Made by a program: the position numbers and the translations under genes. Source: Paraspadella gotoi (lineage: Eukaryota; Animalia; Chaetognatha). Taken from it: a stretch of 64,000 nucleotides of DNA. The notes under the pieces were generated by a model, which was not told the origin of the DNA, made no database searches, and saw only the letters and a program-made list of their open reading frames with translations. The stretch lies in NCBI GenBank assembly GCA_051294375.1, contig CM119263.1, positions 12,441,723 to 12,505,722 of the forward strand, given 5' to 3'. Shown here piece after piece: positions 1 through 13,800 of the stretch (positions are counted from its first letter, which is position 1; each line of letters opens with the position of its first letter).

Positions 1-321
1 TTTTTACCATTATTTTCATCATCATAATCGTTTCTTACCGTTTAATATTTCTATGAACTCCTCCAGTTTAATAATTAAATTCCTACTATTATATTTTTTT
101 AAGTTCTTGTTATGCCAGTAAATATAAATAAGCCGAGCAAAAGCTATTACAGTAACTACAGATTTTGCTCAAATACATTGTCATTTATAGAGCATATGTA
201 AAAATTACACAAACTAGGAATGTTAAAATAAGGGGTGGTACTTTACGATTTATAGTACAGCGTTTTGTAATGTTTGTTTCTCCAAGTTAAGTCAAACTTT
301 TCCGTCAGTTGAATTTGGAAG

Positions 322-2493
322 TCACCACTGTAAACGCGAATCTTTAGACTTAAACCACTGAAGTGCGTACAAAAGTCCTAAGGGCTTGTCAACGGCCTCG
401 TCGTTGGCCATTGCAGCGGTCTCTTCCTTTGTAAGGTGTAACACCTCGATCATCTCCCCCTCTTCTGCTAATCCTCCGCCGGTTCCTTCTCGAAGAGAGT
501 CCTTGACCTAATTCAATTTGAGGTTATTTTTAAATCAGAAAAAAAAATCTGAAAAGCGTAAGGATCGTCGCAATCGCATAACAAAAATCTGGACCCATGA
601 CAAACTTTGATACTCAAAAAATCCAATTTGATACAGGAAAACAAAGTTAAATACATGACAAATTTTGTTTAATATATAAAAAATAAAATTAGCTTAGAAG
701 TATAAAAACAAAGGGAATATCCAATTACAGTTGGACAAACAGACACAAAATTCGATAAGTAAATCGAGAGAGAAACAAGAGAAAAAAAGGAAAAAAAATT
801 TTTTAATAAAAAACTTTGTGTTCTCTTTAATAAAAAACTAAAAAAAATGAGAGGGAAAGAGGGAAAGAGAGAGAGAGAGATAGAGAGGGAGAGAAATAGA
901 GAGAAAGACGCGTAACTTTCAGCTTCAGTCGCTGCAAAGCTCAACTCGTTTTTTGACAAATCAGAACAGGCAGCGATTGAGGAAAAAAAAAAGTTTTTTT
1001 CTTATACTAAATCCAAATTAGATAAAACATTTGAAATATAACATTATCGTTTTTAAAGGACATCGATGATGAGAAGCCATATCCAAATTTTCAGCTTCAT
1101 ACAATTGCACTTTTAAAATAAGGCGATCTATAACATCGTCCCAAAATCGTCGCAAGCGCAAGCGATTGCGTCGATAAAACGGGAAAGTTGCGATGTTATA
1201 GAACGTCGCTACCTCGACAAAAAACATAGTTTGAGTGGAAGCCGCTGTTCCTACTCCTTCCTTGAAGCTGATTATCTTGGTGAGATCGGTTTCATTTACC
1301 CTATACCCTGTTTCTTCAAATACTTCAGCGCAAGCTGAATACCGAAAAAGGAGAATTTGAGAAAGAAAATTTTAGTGATCAAAACTCGTAAAACTTATAG
1401 AGTAGTGCGGGGTAATTCGGAACACTGACAAATAAAATGAAATAAAAAATTAAACAATATTTTTTAAAAAAGTTAAATGGTGCATTGAATTTCTACTTAA
1501 AAATAATTTTCTGGATTGTCCTGACCGTATTTGGAATGCGGAATGTCACTTATGAATTTTTGATTTTAAATCATTTCTACTTGCACAATTCCATCGAAAA
1601 ATTATATCCCCCTCAATCATACACTTTCCTCCCACAAACAAAATTTCATCTCAATTTTATCAATCCAATCACGAGTAATTAGTTTAATGCTTAGGTGGGA
1701 CGGACAGACAAAGAAAGACGGATGGACGAATATAGTTTTTTGTGCTTAATTTATCATAATTTGATGTTCTGAGATGATTTAACCGACAAGGTTTTGGGGT
1801 GTGACCGAAAAATCGACAAAGTCGATAATAGATTAAAAATTAAAAATCACCGACCGGGAAGATCCGAAACGGTGAATATTCAATTTTATCAGCGTTCCGA
1901 ATTACCACGCACTAGCCTAAATCAAATCTACAAATATTTTCAAATTTATCATCATTACATTATTACAACTAATTACCAACTCGCCTATCCGTTCCGGAGT
2001 TTCCTCTTTATCTATGATGCCGGCACAAAGCTCATAGGTGTAGCCCATAGCTGTTTCGCCGGGCATAGTCGAAATAAGCTTGCCCAGTGCAATACCAGCT
2101 TCTAGATCAAAGGCACGGCGCCGGGCAAAGTTTTGAATGAAGACCGGAGGACGGAATTGCCTGACGAACACGAACTTGGACGTTGAAGGGCACGAAGAAG
2201 ATTATAGTCAGTAAATGTGAGTTGGAAGTGGGAACAATGAACGGACGAAGAAAATCTTACCTTTAACTGATCTACGTTAAAAATTAAAACCGCAACCGAA
2301 TCGTGAATTTGGAGCATCTCCCTTAACATACGAAATCACGATTATAAATTTGTTAAATATATTTGAAATATTTATACAAAACTCACCATTTTTTCGAGTA
2401 GTTTCCCAATTTGTAGGACATGGTGAAGGGGCGCACGAAACGGGGAGACTCCAAGGTCCCCAACCTAATGTCAGTTATCTCAGTTTCACTCAT
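322..2493 (-). CDS. NUDT14: Nudix hydrolase, UDP-glucose pyrophosphatase-like (5 exons)
   Basis: Spliced by eye: MSETEITDIRLG..FVRPFTM; WEMLQIHDSVAVLIFN; FVFVRQFRPPVF..GYTYELCAGIIDKEETPERI|ACAEVFEETGY (Nudix box); last exon GGGLAEEGEMIEVLHL..GLLYALQWF; TGA at 322-324. Confidence 0.88.
1402..1914. mobile_element. Intronic repeat bounded by ~21-bp inverted repeats, core related to family B
   Basis: TAGTGCGGGGTAATTCGGAAC ... GTTCCGAATTACCACGCACTA; interior 1570-1830 resembles 23280-23600. Confidence 0.5.
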
Positions 2494-2919
2494 ATTTGTC
2501 TTATGAGGCGTTTTTAAAACCATTGAAGTTAACGAATTGAATCTTTTTAATACAAAAAAAAACAAAAAAAAAAAAAAACTGATGAAATCGTAACACCATT
2601 AGCTACAGTATCAATGAGCCGAGAATTGTAAATTTTGCATAAAATTACATCCGTAAAAAAAAATAAATAATGTGGGAAGACTATCACGCATAGTTTAAAG
2701 CTAAACCATAAAACTAACTTTTGATGATAGTAAGCAGAGCCGATCAAAATTAAATGCTAATGTGTACGGGGTCAAAATAATCTTTAATGCATAAAATATA
2801 GTTTTAAAATATTTTTGTAAAAAATCTTAAATGTATAGTGATCTCGCGGGACGTTTCTATCAAAGAAAATTAAAGAAAAAATTCGAAAAAAAAAGAATGA
2901 TTGATGCAATAACGAATTA

Positions 2920-3100
2920 TTGATGTAATAATAATTGATTATTAATGCGATGATAACCAATTATTGATGCAATGATAACCAAATATTGATAGGATGATAA
3001 CCAAATATTAATACGATGATAGCCAAATGATGGATACGATGATAACCAAATGATTGATGCGATGATAACCAAATGATGGATGCGATGATAATCATTCATT
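2920..3100. repeat. Degenerate ~21-bp minisatellite (GATGATAACCAAAT...)
   Basis: About 7-8 imperfect units; related inverted tract at ~22040-22230. Confidence 0.8.
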
Positions 3101-4873
3101 GACGCGATAAGTAAAATAAAATAAAACATGCGTGTATGAGTGAGCAAAAAAAAAAAAAAGAATCTGAACAGCCGCTGCAGAGCTGAACTCGTTTTTAAAA
3201 AAATCAGTAACGGAAAAAAAGAGTGACATATATTTAAAAAAGATAGTAATTCGTAGTCATTTTTACATAAATAATTATTTTGTAAATAAAACAAACAAAT
3301 ATGTGTAGCAATATAAAACATGTAAATCTAAAAGATCTTGCTGATTAGAAGCTATATCTAAATTTTTAGCTTCCTATGGTTACACACTTTTATAATTTCC
3401 AATGGTAAAAAAGCGTAATGACGATGATAACGGTTACAAAGATGCAGAAGCGATCCTATATCTCGCCCAAGTCTGGCGAGATAATTATAAACATTTAAAA
3501 CGCATATAAGATAAATCAGTAAACAGATATACCAATGAGATAAAAAAAAACTATCTCTGAGAGTACTAGTAAAATCAAAATTATCATACAAAATAAAAAA
3601 AACTTTACATCTTAAAATTTTATATTGGATACTGACAGAGTATAAAAGTTGAACAAAAAATATAATTAAAATTTAAAAAATTATTATATTTTTTTAATAA
3701 AAATTTTAAATCATTAAAAGATGATAATGGTGATATTTTCATGGTCTTACTTATTTTCGACCTACTTCACATCAAAATATTAAAAAAAGAATTATACTTT
3801 GTGTAGAAGGCTATCTGAATCTAGTCTTAAAAATAAAATGTTATCAAAAAATTGTTTTGCCGTTTCTATCTATAAATGTTTAAAATTAATTATCATGGTA
3901 TAGGGATATATACAATTTTTTTTTCTTTAAAAGTTTCCTTAAAAATATCTACATTTTTATTTGAGAAGGTACTCACTTAAAATATTTGACTCACCCCAAT
4001 GAGTCAAACTATCCCTATTCAGAGAATTCAATGGAGACCGTGTATTATGTAAAGTATATCAAAAAACAGACATACATGAATAGAAATATAAAATTTGAAT
4101 TGGTACAAAAACACTTTGATTTCAGGAGATACAATAATTATGGATCTGCGAAATGAATAAAATAGTCTGGCGAGATAAAAAAAGGCGAAGCGTTTTAAAG
4201 CTTTCTATAATGGAATTGGAATGTATACTGATCAAATAACAAATAGGAAGCTGCGTAAGTATAAGGAATTAGATTGTTCAACGTAAGGAGATGGTTGTAT
4301 ACAACCATCTCTATACCATATACCAGTAGAGTAAAACCTCCACCTAAATTCGTTACTTGCTTCACCAGATTCTCGTAAATTTTCAATTCAGATCGGTGTC
4401 TCAATTAGTATATTGTCGGAAGCATGAATTAACATCTGATTCTTAATTAAAACGAGGCAAATTAATTTTTAGCACAAGATCGTTATAAAAATAACAGCCC
4501 AGTAATAATTTTTACTAAAATTTTACATTCGCTGACAGGGATTTTCGCTTCTTATGAGTAAAAATATAAAAAAATTCATTACACAAAAAATGTAAAAGTT
4601 GGTCCGAGTTAAATGCTAATTTGCAGTGATTGAAGAGTATTGAACCAGTATTAAATCTTTTAAAACCAATTTTTAAAAAATCACCAAAAATAATAAAAAA
4701 AGAGATCATTACAACTCAATTTACCACGAAATCAAATTCCCATGCGACATAGTTCACAAAAGAAAATTTTCAGAGGTTTTAAGCGTATTTACTTAATACA
4801 AACACCGTTATCCTTCGATCAGACCAAATAGCAGCAATAATAAATATGTTATATTTAGCGATCAGAAACAACA

Positions 4874-7800
4874 TTAATTGAGCATTGAGGGCGGAAACAT
4901 GCCAAGCTGAACAAAATCGTCCAGTATATCTACTAAGCTATTTTTGGTGAGTTCAGGTTTTTTATATTCGAAGCCCAGCTCCTCCATTTTTGAACCATCA
5001 AGATGAATAGGATAGTTGTTCAATAATTCTTCGTATAAGTAAGGGTTTAATGGGGTGTTGGAAAAGCCATCGTCTCGACATAACTTTTCGGAACAAAATT
5101 TGATTAATTTCATATAATCACATAATTGCGCTCCTCAGTTGAGACTAACCGTCGCCCAAGGCACCATGTGCTTGTCATTACATTCTTCTACGAAGCCCTG
5201 TAGATCTTTATTGGCAATATTAGATAATATAAAGCCAGCATAGCCATGAGTTATACCAAAAATTTCGGAAATCAAAGTTGTAACTTTCCCTTGCGTGGTG
5301 CAACCTTTGTCCACCATATGATAAACTTCAGCGACCTGGGTAAATCGTTTAAAATTTTTGAAATAAAAAATATATCAAATAAAAGTAAAACCTGCGCAAT
5401 ATTTTAGGTACTCTCCCTCAGCATCGACTACTGCCTGCATTCGTCTGGGCATGCTCTCGTACAGCGAATTGAAGTATGATGGTAAAATATTTTTTTTAAT
5501 TTTTAACAATAATTTTTTTAACCCTGCATTTTTAAAAAAAAAGTTACAATAACACCTTTATAAAATAATTAACTTAATTTAAAAAAGAAATAACTGAATA
5601 CCAAGAATGATAAAAAACTAAATACGATTTATTTCGCCATTTTTCACTTCACTTTTCACTTCATTTTTTGCCTGTAACTTTAAACCATTTGACCTATAAA
5701 AAATAGACAAAAACTACTAAAAAGAAATAAAAACTTTTTAATTTTTTTAGAATCAAACAAGTTTTTGAATAGATATCTTCCACTAAAAATATGATGTACT
5801 TTTTGCCTACTGTCCTGTGTAAAAAAAACGCGCGACTTTATAACTTTAAATTTTAAACGCTCTATAAAGATATTTTTAAAAATATATAAGTAAATAATTT
5901 AAAAAAAAAAGGAATCAATGTGTCTAAATTATATTAAGTCAAATGATTTAAGAGATATGATTTTTTAAACTTAGGTGTTCCAAAACCAAACGGGAAAATC
6001 GACTTATTAGCACAGCTTTCTTTTAACTAAAAAAACTAAAATGAAAAAAAAGCTATCATTGTGGTTGTAAAAAAGCTTTTAATATTCTGATTGCTCAAAC
6101 ACATATTCCAATGTCTCTATATGAAAGATGAGCCAAAATTTTAAACATTTCATTTTTTTTAATAAAAATATATCTTATAATTGAAAGGTCCTATTCAAAT
6201 ACAATTAAAAAAAAACAAAAAACATTAATGAGCATTAATTAACTAAAAAAGTAAGTAAGCTGGACTATTGGGAGTTAGAAAATAAAAAACGTCAGTAATT
6301 TTTTTACCAGAAAGCAAAATCTGAAAAAGCTAGATCAGATAATTTAACCACAGTATTGGATCATTTTATTTTATCCGTTTATTTATTATTTTTATTTATT
6401 TATTATTAAAATCCGTATAAAGCTTCAGAAACATGGACCTGTCTTTCATCATATGTTTTAATGACTTATAACTTTAAGATTATTATTTAAGATCTAGGGT
6501 AATCAAATTATCCAGCTATCACTCCGGATTAAGGCGTAGTGAAAGTTACATACGAAAATTCTAAAAGTCAATTATGAACAACATACCATCAGTGAACATT
6601 AATTTGTAAAAAAAATTAATTTTATGTTTTTTAATTTTCGCAGTAGGCTATATTTATATATAGTACTATCCTTATAAAATCGAAAAATTTTAAAATAGGC
6701 CTTTTTTAATTTTTATTGCAGATTTGAATTCCTCGTCAAAAGTTGATAAAAGAAAATATAAATCATTTTTAAAAATTTTTTCATTAAGTGGGTTAAAAAT
6801 TTAAAAAACTATATTTAATATATAAATTAAATAAATAAATTAATTTTCAGCTTAAAATATAGCTTTTTCTAATTTTTGACCCACTTAATGAAGCAATTTT
6901 TCAAAAAGAGTTATATTTCTTTTTACCAACTTTTTATGACGAATCCAAATCTATAAAAAAATCTTAGAAAAAACTGTTTTGAAATTTTAACATTTATTGG
7001 TTTAGTACTAGTATAAATATGGCCTACTGCGTAAATTGTAAAATTTATTATAAATTTTTTTATTACATAAATGTTCATTAGTATAATGTTGTTCGTTCCT
7101 CACTTTTAGAATTTTAATTAAAGTTAAATTTAAAAAAATTACTGCGCCTTACTCCGGATATTCAGTATTTGCAGTAAAGTACTTCATTTAAAAAATCATT
7201 GCTCCTAAATAAATGGCCCAATTTTAATAAAATTTATGCTAAAAAAATCATCTTTCAATAAACTTTAAATCGCTTTTAAATTTTTTTACAAATTCAAATA
7301 TATAAGGTGATTTTTAAAGTCTGAATCAATTTTTTTTTTTGCACAGGACCTGTAGATGGTATGATAAACTAATTTTTATTTTGAAATTCTAAAACGAGTA
7401 AAAACTGCAAAAATAAAAACCTTACGAGCCACAAGATTATTTCTTTTCTACTTTTGGTAATTGCTATACAGGTTACAATTGTATTTTTCCCTAAACTTAC
7501 TTGGCCATATTGAGAAAGATGCCAAAGTCCGCGGACGAGATCATCAACGTGTACTGTATTCAACATCAAATCCGCCGACCACAAAAGCTTCATCTTTTCA
7601 TTCAAATATTTATAAACGGCTCCCAAAACCTTAAGAAATTAATTATGACGAAAAGGTTTCTTCCAATGGGATGCAAATGTTTCTCACCATTCTTGGAGTA
7701 AGTCCGTAACGATCTGCCTTGCCATAAACAATCGCGGGTCGAACAATGATGTAATTTAAATTTTCTATTTTAGCTAGTTCGTTTTCAACCTGAAGACAAT

Positions 7801-10800
7801 ATTCACGTCTAATGTATTTAAGGTATATCATTATATATATATATCATATCATCCATTAGTATTCAATGACAAATTGAACATTTACCTGTAATTTGTATCT
7901 CGATTCTTGGCACCACGGATTTGTATTACGATCTTCTTTGGCGGCAGCTTTGTCAGCGTGAGAAGGTGAGGTTAATCCTAAAACGAAGTCGCTCTTAAAA
8001 CAAAAATAAAAACTGACATGGCATTTATTGAACAAGACACCTTTTATGAAGTTCTTTGATTTTTCGGAACAATACATGAGTCCCGAGGAGATCTCAATGA
8101 ATCGTTTAGCTTTGGCTTTGACTGCACAACGAGCGCAATTGATACTCAATTGAAAAATGCCTTCCTATAGGGAGAAAAAATTAGGTAAAACTAAACCCGC
8201 ACGCATTATGAACGGTAGTTAAATTTTCATAAATAAGGGATGGAAAAAAAAAAAGAACAAATCTTGGAAAGTAATGATATATTGTCGCCCGAGAGAAAAC
8301 GAAACGGGTAGTGAAAAAAAAAAGAGAGAAAAAATATTAAGAGAAAAAACGAGAAACAGAAAACAAAAACAAAAGATAACGGTTGAAAAAGAAACAAAAA
8401 AAATCTTAAAAGCATAAGGATTAGACACATTTTTTTCCGCAGAAAATGTGTTCTAGAAGAGTCCAAAAAGGTGTCATTCTTTCGTATTTACACGTTCTTT
8501 TAAGAAAAAAAAACCTTGCAAAAGGACTTTTTCAAAACATCTCGCCTCTCCCAGGGGCGTCAAAGTGCCCACGAGCGTCAAATTTACGATTTTGGACAAT
8601 TATTTCTTATTTTTCTTGTGGAATCAGCCAATTTTAAATAATTTTTCAATCGACTATTTATGATTTTATTAAATTTATTCAAGGTTTAAAAAAAAATTTA
8701 TAAGTATCTTTAATCCGGAAAAAAATTCTACAGACCGGAAGTTGACTCTCAAAACAGTTATATTTCGAAATAAAAATTTCAACTTAGGAGAGGTTTGCCA
8801 AAAAAAATACCTAAAGAAAGCCTAGATAATATTGCAATTTTGTTTAATTTAAATATATATATGTTCAATGATTTTGATTCTTTTTCTAAAGGTCTTTTTT
8901 TCCTATAAATAAGAACAATGCAAACCGTCTGCCAGTCTATTATCAGAGTTTAGGTATTACAAAGAGGCTGGATCATTTTCAGAACTCCGCCGTGTTGCAC
9001 ACCTCCAAAAAGGCAGAGAATATTCTTCAGCGGCTTCTTTTCATGTATTTCTGAGTTCAATCGACAAAACAATCAAAATAAGAAAGTGCGGGCTTATAAC
9101 TGTCGCTTTTGAAGCTGACAGAATTATGGAAAACTTTGGAGATCCCGCTTCCTCTTCAATGCATTCCACTGTCAAGAAGGCAAATCCTTGCTTTACGGGA
9201 AGATCTTCATTTCTTTGCGACAAAGTTCAAGGCTGAACTGAGATTCCTACAAGAAAAAGGTTTTGCTAAAAATATACATAATTATACAAAATTGTACATA
9301 TTGCCTTTTTGATGTAACTATTTAAACCTAACAGTAATTACTCCTTTATGTACGTTGGCTTCATTTATCAAGGACTCAGCTCCTGCACGAAAAAATTCAA
9401 GAGTTCTTTGCTTTAACTATATTCTTTGACCGGCCAATGTTAGATAGAATTTGATGGGCAATATTGCTATTTTTAAGTTTCAAAAAAATCCGACATTAAA
9501 CATGAAAATATTACCAAAAATCTTCGGAAAATCACCCCTTTCTTTGGAAGATTTCGCCATTATACGAATTTTTTTCCGAAATCTGACCTCCCGGTTCTGA
9601 AAAACCTCTTAGATTTCCGTATCGTTTAGCTCCTCGTGTTTAGAATTTTACTTTAAATTAAAATTTCAGCAAAATGCTAATTCATTTAACATGATCATAT
9701 CATTAATAAATAACAAATAATGTAAAAGAAAAATTTGAGAGCCCTTTCGACATATTGCTATCAGATTCCTGAATTCTTAAGTTTATTGTAAAATGACCAA
9801 ATATACCTTAAATGCGTGCGACATTGTATTGAATTGAGAAATCCCTTTATTTTATATATTTAAAAAATTGCGTCAAAAAATATTTTCCGAGCGGACCCAG
9901 TCGGCATTTGAATCGAATGGTTCGATGTCAAAATGATGGTTATTTGGTCAAGAGAAAAAAAATGCGAGCCTTCAGATGGCAAACAGGATCGATCGAGTGT
10001 CTTTTATACAATCTATTTTTACCTGAATTTTTTTTCCCAGGCGAGGCGTTGACCATTATTTGTTAGTTCAGATTTTAACGAAAATCTCCATGAAAAGTCT
10101 TCCTCGATTTTCTAAGAACGACGTAGACTCCTATTTATTCATAATGCGCGACTTTATTTTGACGTTTACTGCGGAGACGCGCTCGAAATTCATCGCCAAA
10201 AGATGCGAAAAAGACAAAGGATGCTTCGGTCGAAGGATGCAGAATTTGTTCGATCGTCTTCGCCTTCAATTAGTTTGTAAAATTCGGAGCGGCGCGATTG
10301 GGATCATAACAATTACGATTTGACCGGACTCGCGCTTCCGAAACGATGGTAGCAAAGAGGCTCGCTCGAGAAAAAGGATCTTGATGAGAAAAAACGGTGA
10401 GACCGGATTTTCATTTTAAAGTTATTTGAAAGTATTACAATCTGTGATGGTATTATGAAATAGCATTTTTAAAAAAACTTTTTTACCAGATTAACAGGCG
10501 AATACAACAGTGCTTGCTATCCTTAGTGTCCTAAAAAGATCCAGAGGATTCGATCACTACATTATGACGATGTATGATTCAGAATGGGTCAGTCCGACGC
10601 TACAACAGTCGAAAAATGCCGGGAAAGACTATTTCGGTCCACATTAAAGCAGGCGAGAGTGGATACGGTCAGCCTCTGCGCTGCTGACTCGGGCACGTTA
10701 TCTACCGACAATCTTTTTTTCTCTTACGAGATATTCTTGTCGCGGCGGAAAGTTGACTATTGAAAACGCGTTTTTCTCTCGCTTTCGCTTATTGCCGAGA

Positions 10801-13800
10801 TACGTAGAGAAGTTCATAATCACCAAGTTAAATCTTGTAAAGGTTAAAATTTTAAAAAAAAATTAAAAAACAAAAAAATAAAAAGTTTATTAACATAATG
10901 TCTTCCTCTCCAGGAAATCTTAAATTTTCGGAAATTCTTCAAGGATTTTCTTGGATGGAAAAAAGACGGGAATGACCCAACAACTGCTTCAAAAGTGAAT
11001 GCGTGTCGTGTTGCCAGCCAGTTCGTGGGCCTGGATGGAAAATAGAAAAGTTTCTTGGAGGACACTGCAATTGCGAGAAGGGCACGGGAGTCCTTGTTTG
11101 CTGTGACGCCGTGAGATCGATTTTTCTTTTCATGGGTTTAGATTCGACAAAGTATTGCCCTAAATTACGACACTGCAAAGTGTTTAATATGGCCAGCAGT
11201 GGTATGAATAAAAAATTTCAAAACTTTTTAAATTTAGATGATAGAACAATTTAATTATTCAAATGTAGGAGCTTGTGTTGAAATTGAGACGAGGCCATAG
11301 GGAAAGCGGCTCATGTGGTGGCCCTGTCCTTCCACCATAGTTATTACTCATAATCCTGACAAATCCAGGGGGATATTTGCAGGGAATTGATATGCATCGA
11401 CGCGGGCGGGGAAAAAAACACCCCACCCCAAAGCAAAGAAGTTTTAACTTGAAAACTTGATTTTTTTTTTGTCCCATAAAACTTTTTGTTATGAACGATC
11501 AATAATTATTTTAATTTTTAAAATTTGTCTTTGCCATTTTTTCTTGTAACAATTAAATTATTAAAAGGTATTGAATCTGTGATCTCAATTTTTTCGTTTT
11601 TAGGGAAAAGTTCAAGCCAATAACTTAACTTATCGGTTTAATATATTATTAAAAAATGCCTAATAACTGTTTGAGGTTGTTTTAAATTAGATTAAATATG
11701 TTCGGGTAACTTTTAAGTATAACCAAATAATTCAAATTTCATTCTTAATTTATAATTATCTGAAAATTTTTTTTGAAAAACTCAGAGAATCGTTAAAAAC
11801 AATTATTTTGATTGACCGTAGCAACTTTAAGCTCTGGGAAATGGCGAGATATTTAAGAAAAAAATGTACTTAAAAATGCTTTTATGTTTGTATAGCTCCT
11901 AAATACGAAAAGAATGGACACCCTTTTTCCGTAACTCTATGACAATTATTCAGCGGAAAAAAAATTTCTTAAAAGGATATCGTCGTAATCGCATAAGAAA
12001 AATCTGGATTGACGACAAATTTTGATACTGTGGCAGCAAGACTTAAAGCTGCCTCACTGCTGTCCGTCCTCAGCCTCGTCTCAATGGCTGAGCAGGCTAA
12101 ATCATCTCATTCCATCCGTGCGTCCCGGGTTCATCCCTGGGTATCCGGTTCTGGCTTAAATGTGACGGTGCCGGTATAAACATGCCAGTGACAGGAGGCG
12201 GTCACTGAGGGTCCGCAGCCCCTACGCCAGTTGGTGAATACCCCGCGCCCCGGGTATCACAGGCTATCCTCCCGTTGCCATAAGTGGTGAGCCCTACTCT
12301 CGAACACGCAACTGCTGCGCACCGTGCGCTCATGCTTACGTCGCTTAGGGTATGCATATCACGCCTATGCCCTACTTCTCTGGTAACGCTCCAGACTCGC
12401 TCGCCCGCTCGCTTCACTATGGCAATGAGATCAAAACCTTCTCTCAGACATCTCCTCAGGATTGAGGCCCCTGTGGAGAAGTCTGGTGGGGGATCCTGTG
12501 GCAGCAAGACTTAAAGCTGCCTCACTGCTGTCCGTCCTCAGCCTCGTCTCAATGGCTGAGCAGGCTAAATCATCTCATTCCATCCGTGCGTCACGGGTTC
12601 AATCCCTGGGTCTCGCCGGTTCTGGCTTAAATGTGACGGTGCCGGTATAAACATGCCAGTGACAGGAGGCGGTCACTGAGGGTCCGCAGCCCCTACGCCA
12701 GTTGTGTGAGATACCCCGCGCCCCGGGTATCACAGGCTATCCTCCCGTTGCCATAATACTAAAAATAATCAAATTTGAGCAAAGAAAATTAATTTATAAA
12801 CAGAAAGAAAAAGAAAAAAACAATAAACAAAGAAAGAATAGAAAGGAAAGAAAGAATAGAAAGGAAAGAAAGAATAGAAAGGAAAGAAAGAATAGAAAGG
12901 AAAGAAAGAATAGAAAGAAAAGAAAGAAAAATAAAAAGAGTAACGAGAAGAAAGAACGATGTTGCGATAACAAAATGATAACATGCACGAATGCGATGCC
13001 TAATTTTACGAGTTCAATCCCAATTCAATTTTTTTAATAAAAACGCAGAGAGAGAGAAGCCAAATCGTTTTTGGACGAATCAGCAGGAGAAAGAGAGAAA
13101 AAGAAAGAAAGCCCCTGCAGTGCCCAAGGAATCAGCGACTGGGGAAGGAGAGAGAGCTACATATAAGAGAAAAGAGAGAGAGAGAGAAAGAGACATAAAA
13201 ATAAAAGTAGAGCAAAATTGTTTATTTTGATAAACGTAAACAAAACGTATTTAATAAACGTCCTAACACAATTTCAAGGACCTCGATGATGAGAAGCTGT
13301 ATATAAATTTTCAGCTTCATATACCCAAATTTAATCTTCAAAAAGGCGATCTATAAATTAGAACGCCGACGACGACGACACTTATGTTCAAAAGCGTTAC
13401 GAGATCGTAGCAATCGCTTTGCGTTTGCGAGGATAACAAAAAACAAGAACGCTCTTTCCAATGTGTCGCAGTAACTTTCTTACTTATTTCCATGTGATTA
13501 CATTATAATATAATTATAAAACATATAACTTATCTGCAGTTTTAACTAAAATGACTAATTATTATACAAAATATATATTATTTTTTAATACATAACCGTA
13601 GTTTTACGAAATAACGTGACTAAATAAGTAAAACATTAATAAATGCTTTTTGTACGTTTCTTATTAATTTATTAAATATAAATTAAAATTTAATATTTTA
13701 TGAATAATATAGTATAAATTTTTAGTTTATATACATACTAAAAATACCTTTTTACTAAATATAAATTTAATAAAATATTATTAAAATTATAAACATTTAA

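Larger units (their letters stand above)
12029..12755 (+). mobile_element. Non-autonomous miniature LTR retrotransposon (TRIM/retrozyme-like), copy 1
   Basis: Direct repeats 12029-12282 and 12497-12755 (TGTGGC...GCCATA); 4-bp TSD ATAC; PBS-like TGGTGAGCCC 2 nt after the 5' LTR; purine-rich GGAGAAGTCTGGTGGGGGA before the 3' LTR; 214-bp non-coding interior. Confidence 0.95.

Noticed and set aside
2920-3100. Regularly spaced GATGATAACCAAAT units resembling a CRISPR array
   Set aside because: Units are contiguous and degenerate with no unique spacers or cas genes; eukaryotic minisatellite.
12078-12147. Functional tRNA genes here and at 18411-18480, 21601-21675, 56959-57000
   Set aside because: A/B boxes or a T-arm are present but acceptor and anticodon stems do not pair or are missing.
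12029-12282. Hammerhead ribozyme in the LTR, as in plant retrozymes
   Set aside because: No CUGANGA...GAAA core on either strand; the fold fits a twister instead.
12202-12650. Short ORFs inside the LTR element
   Set aside because: No gag, RT or integrase motifs; frames differ between the two copies; explained by high GC.
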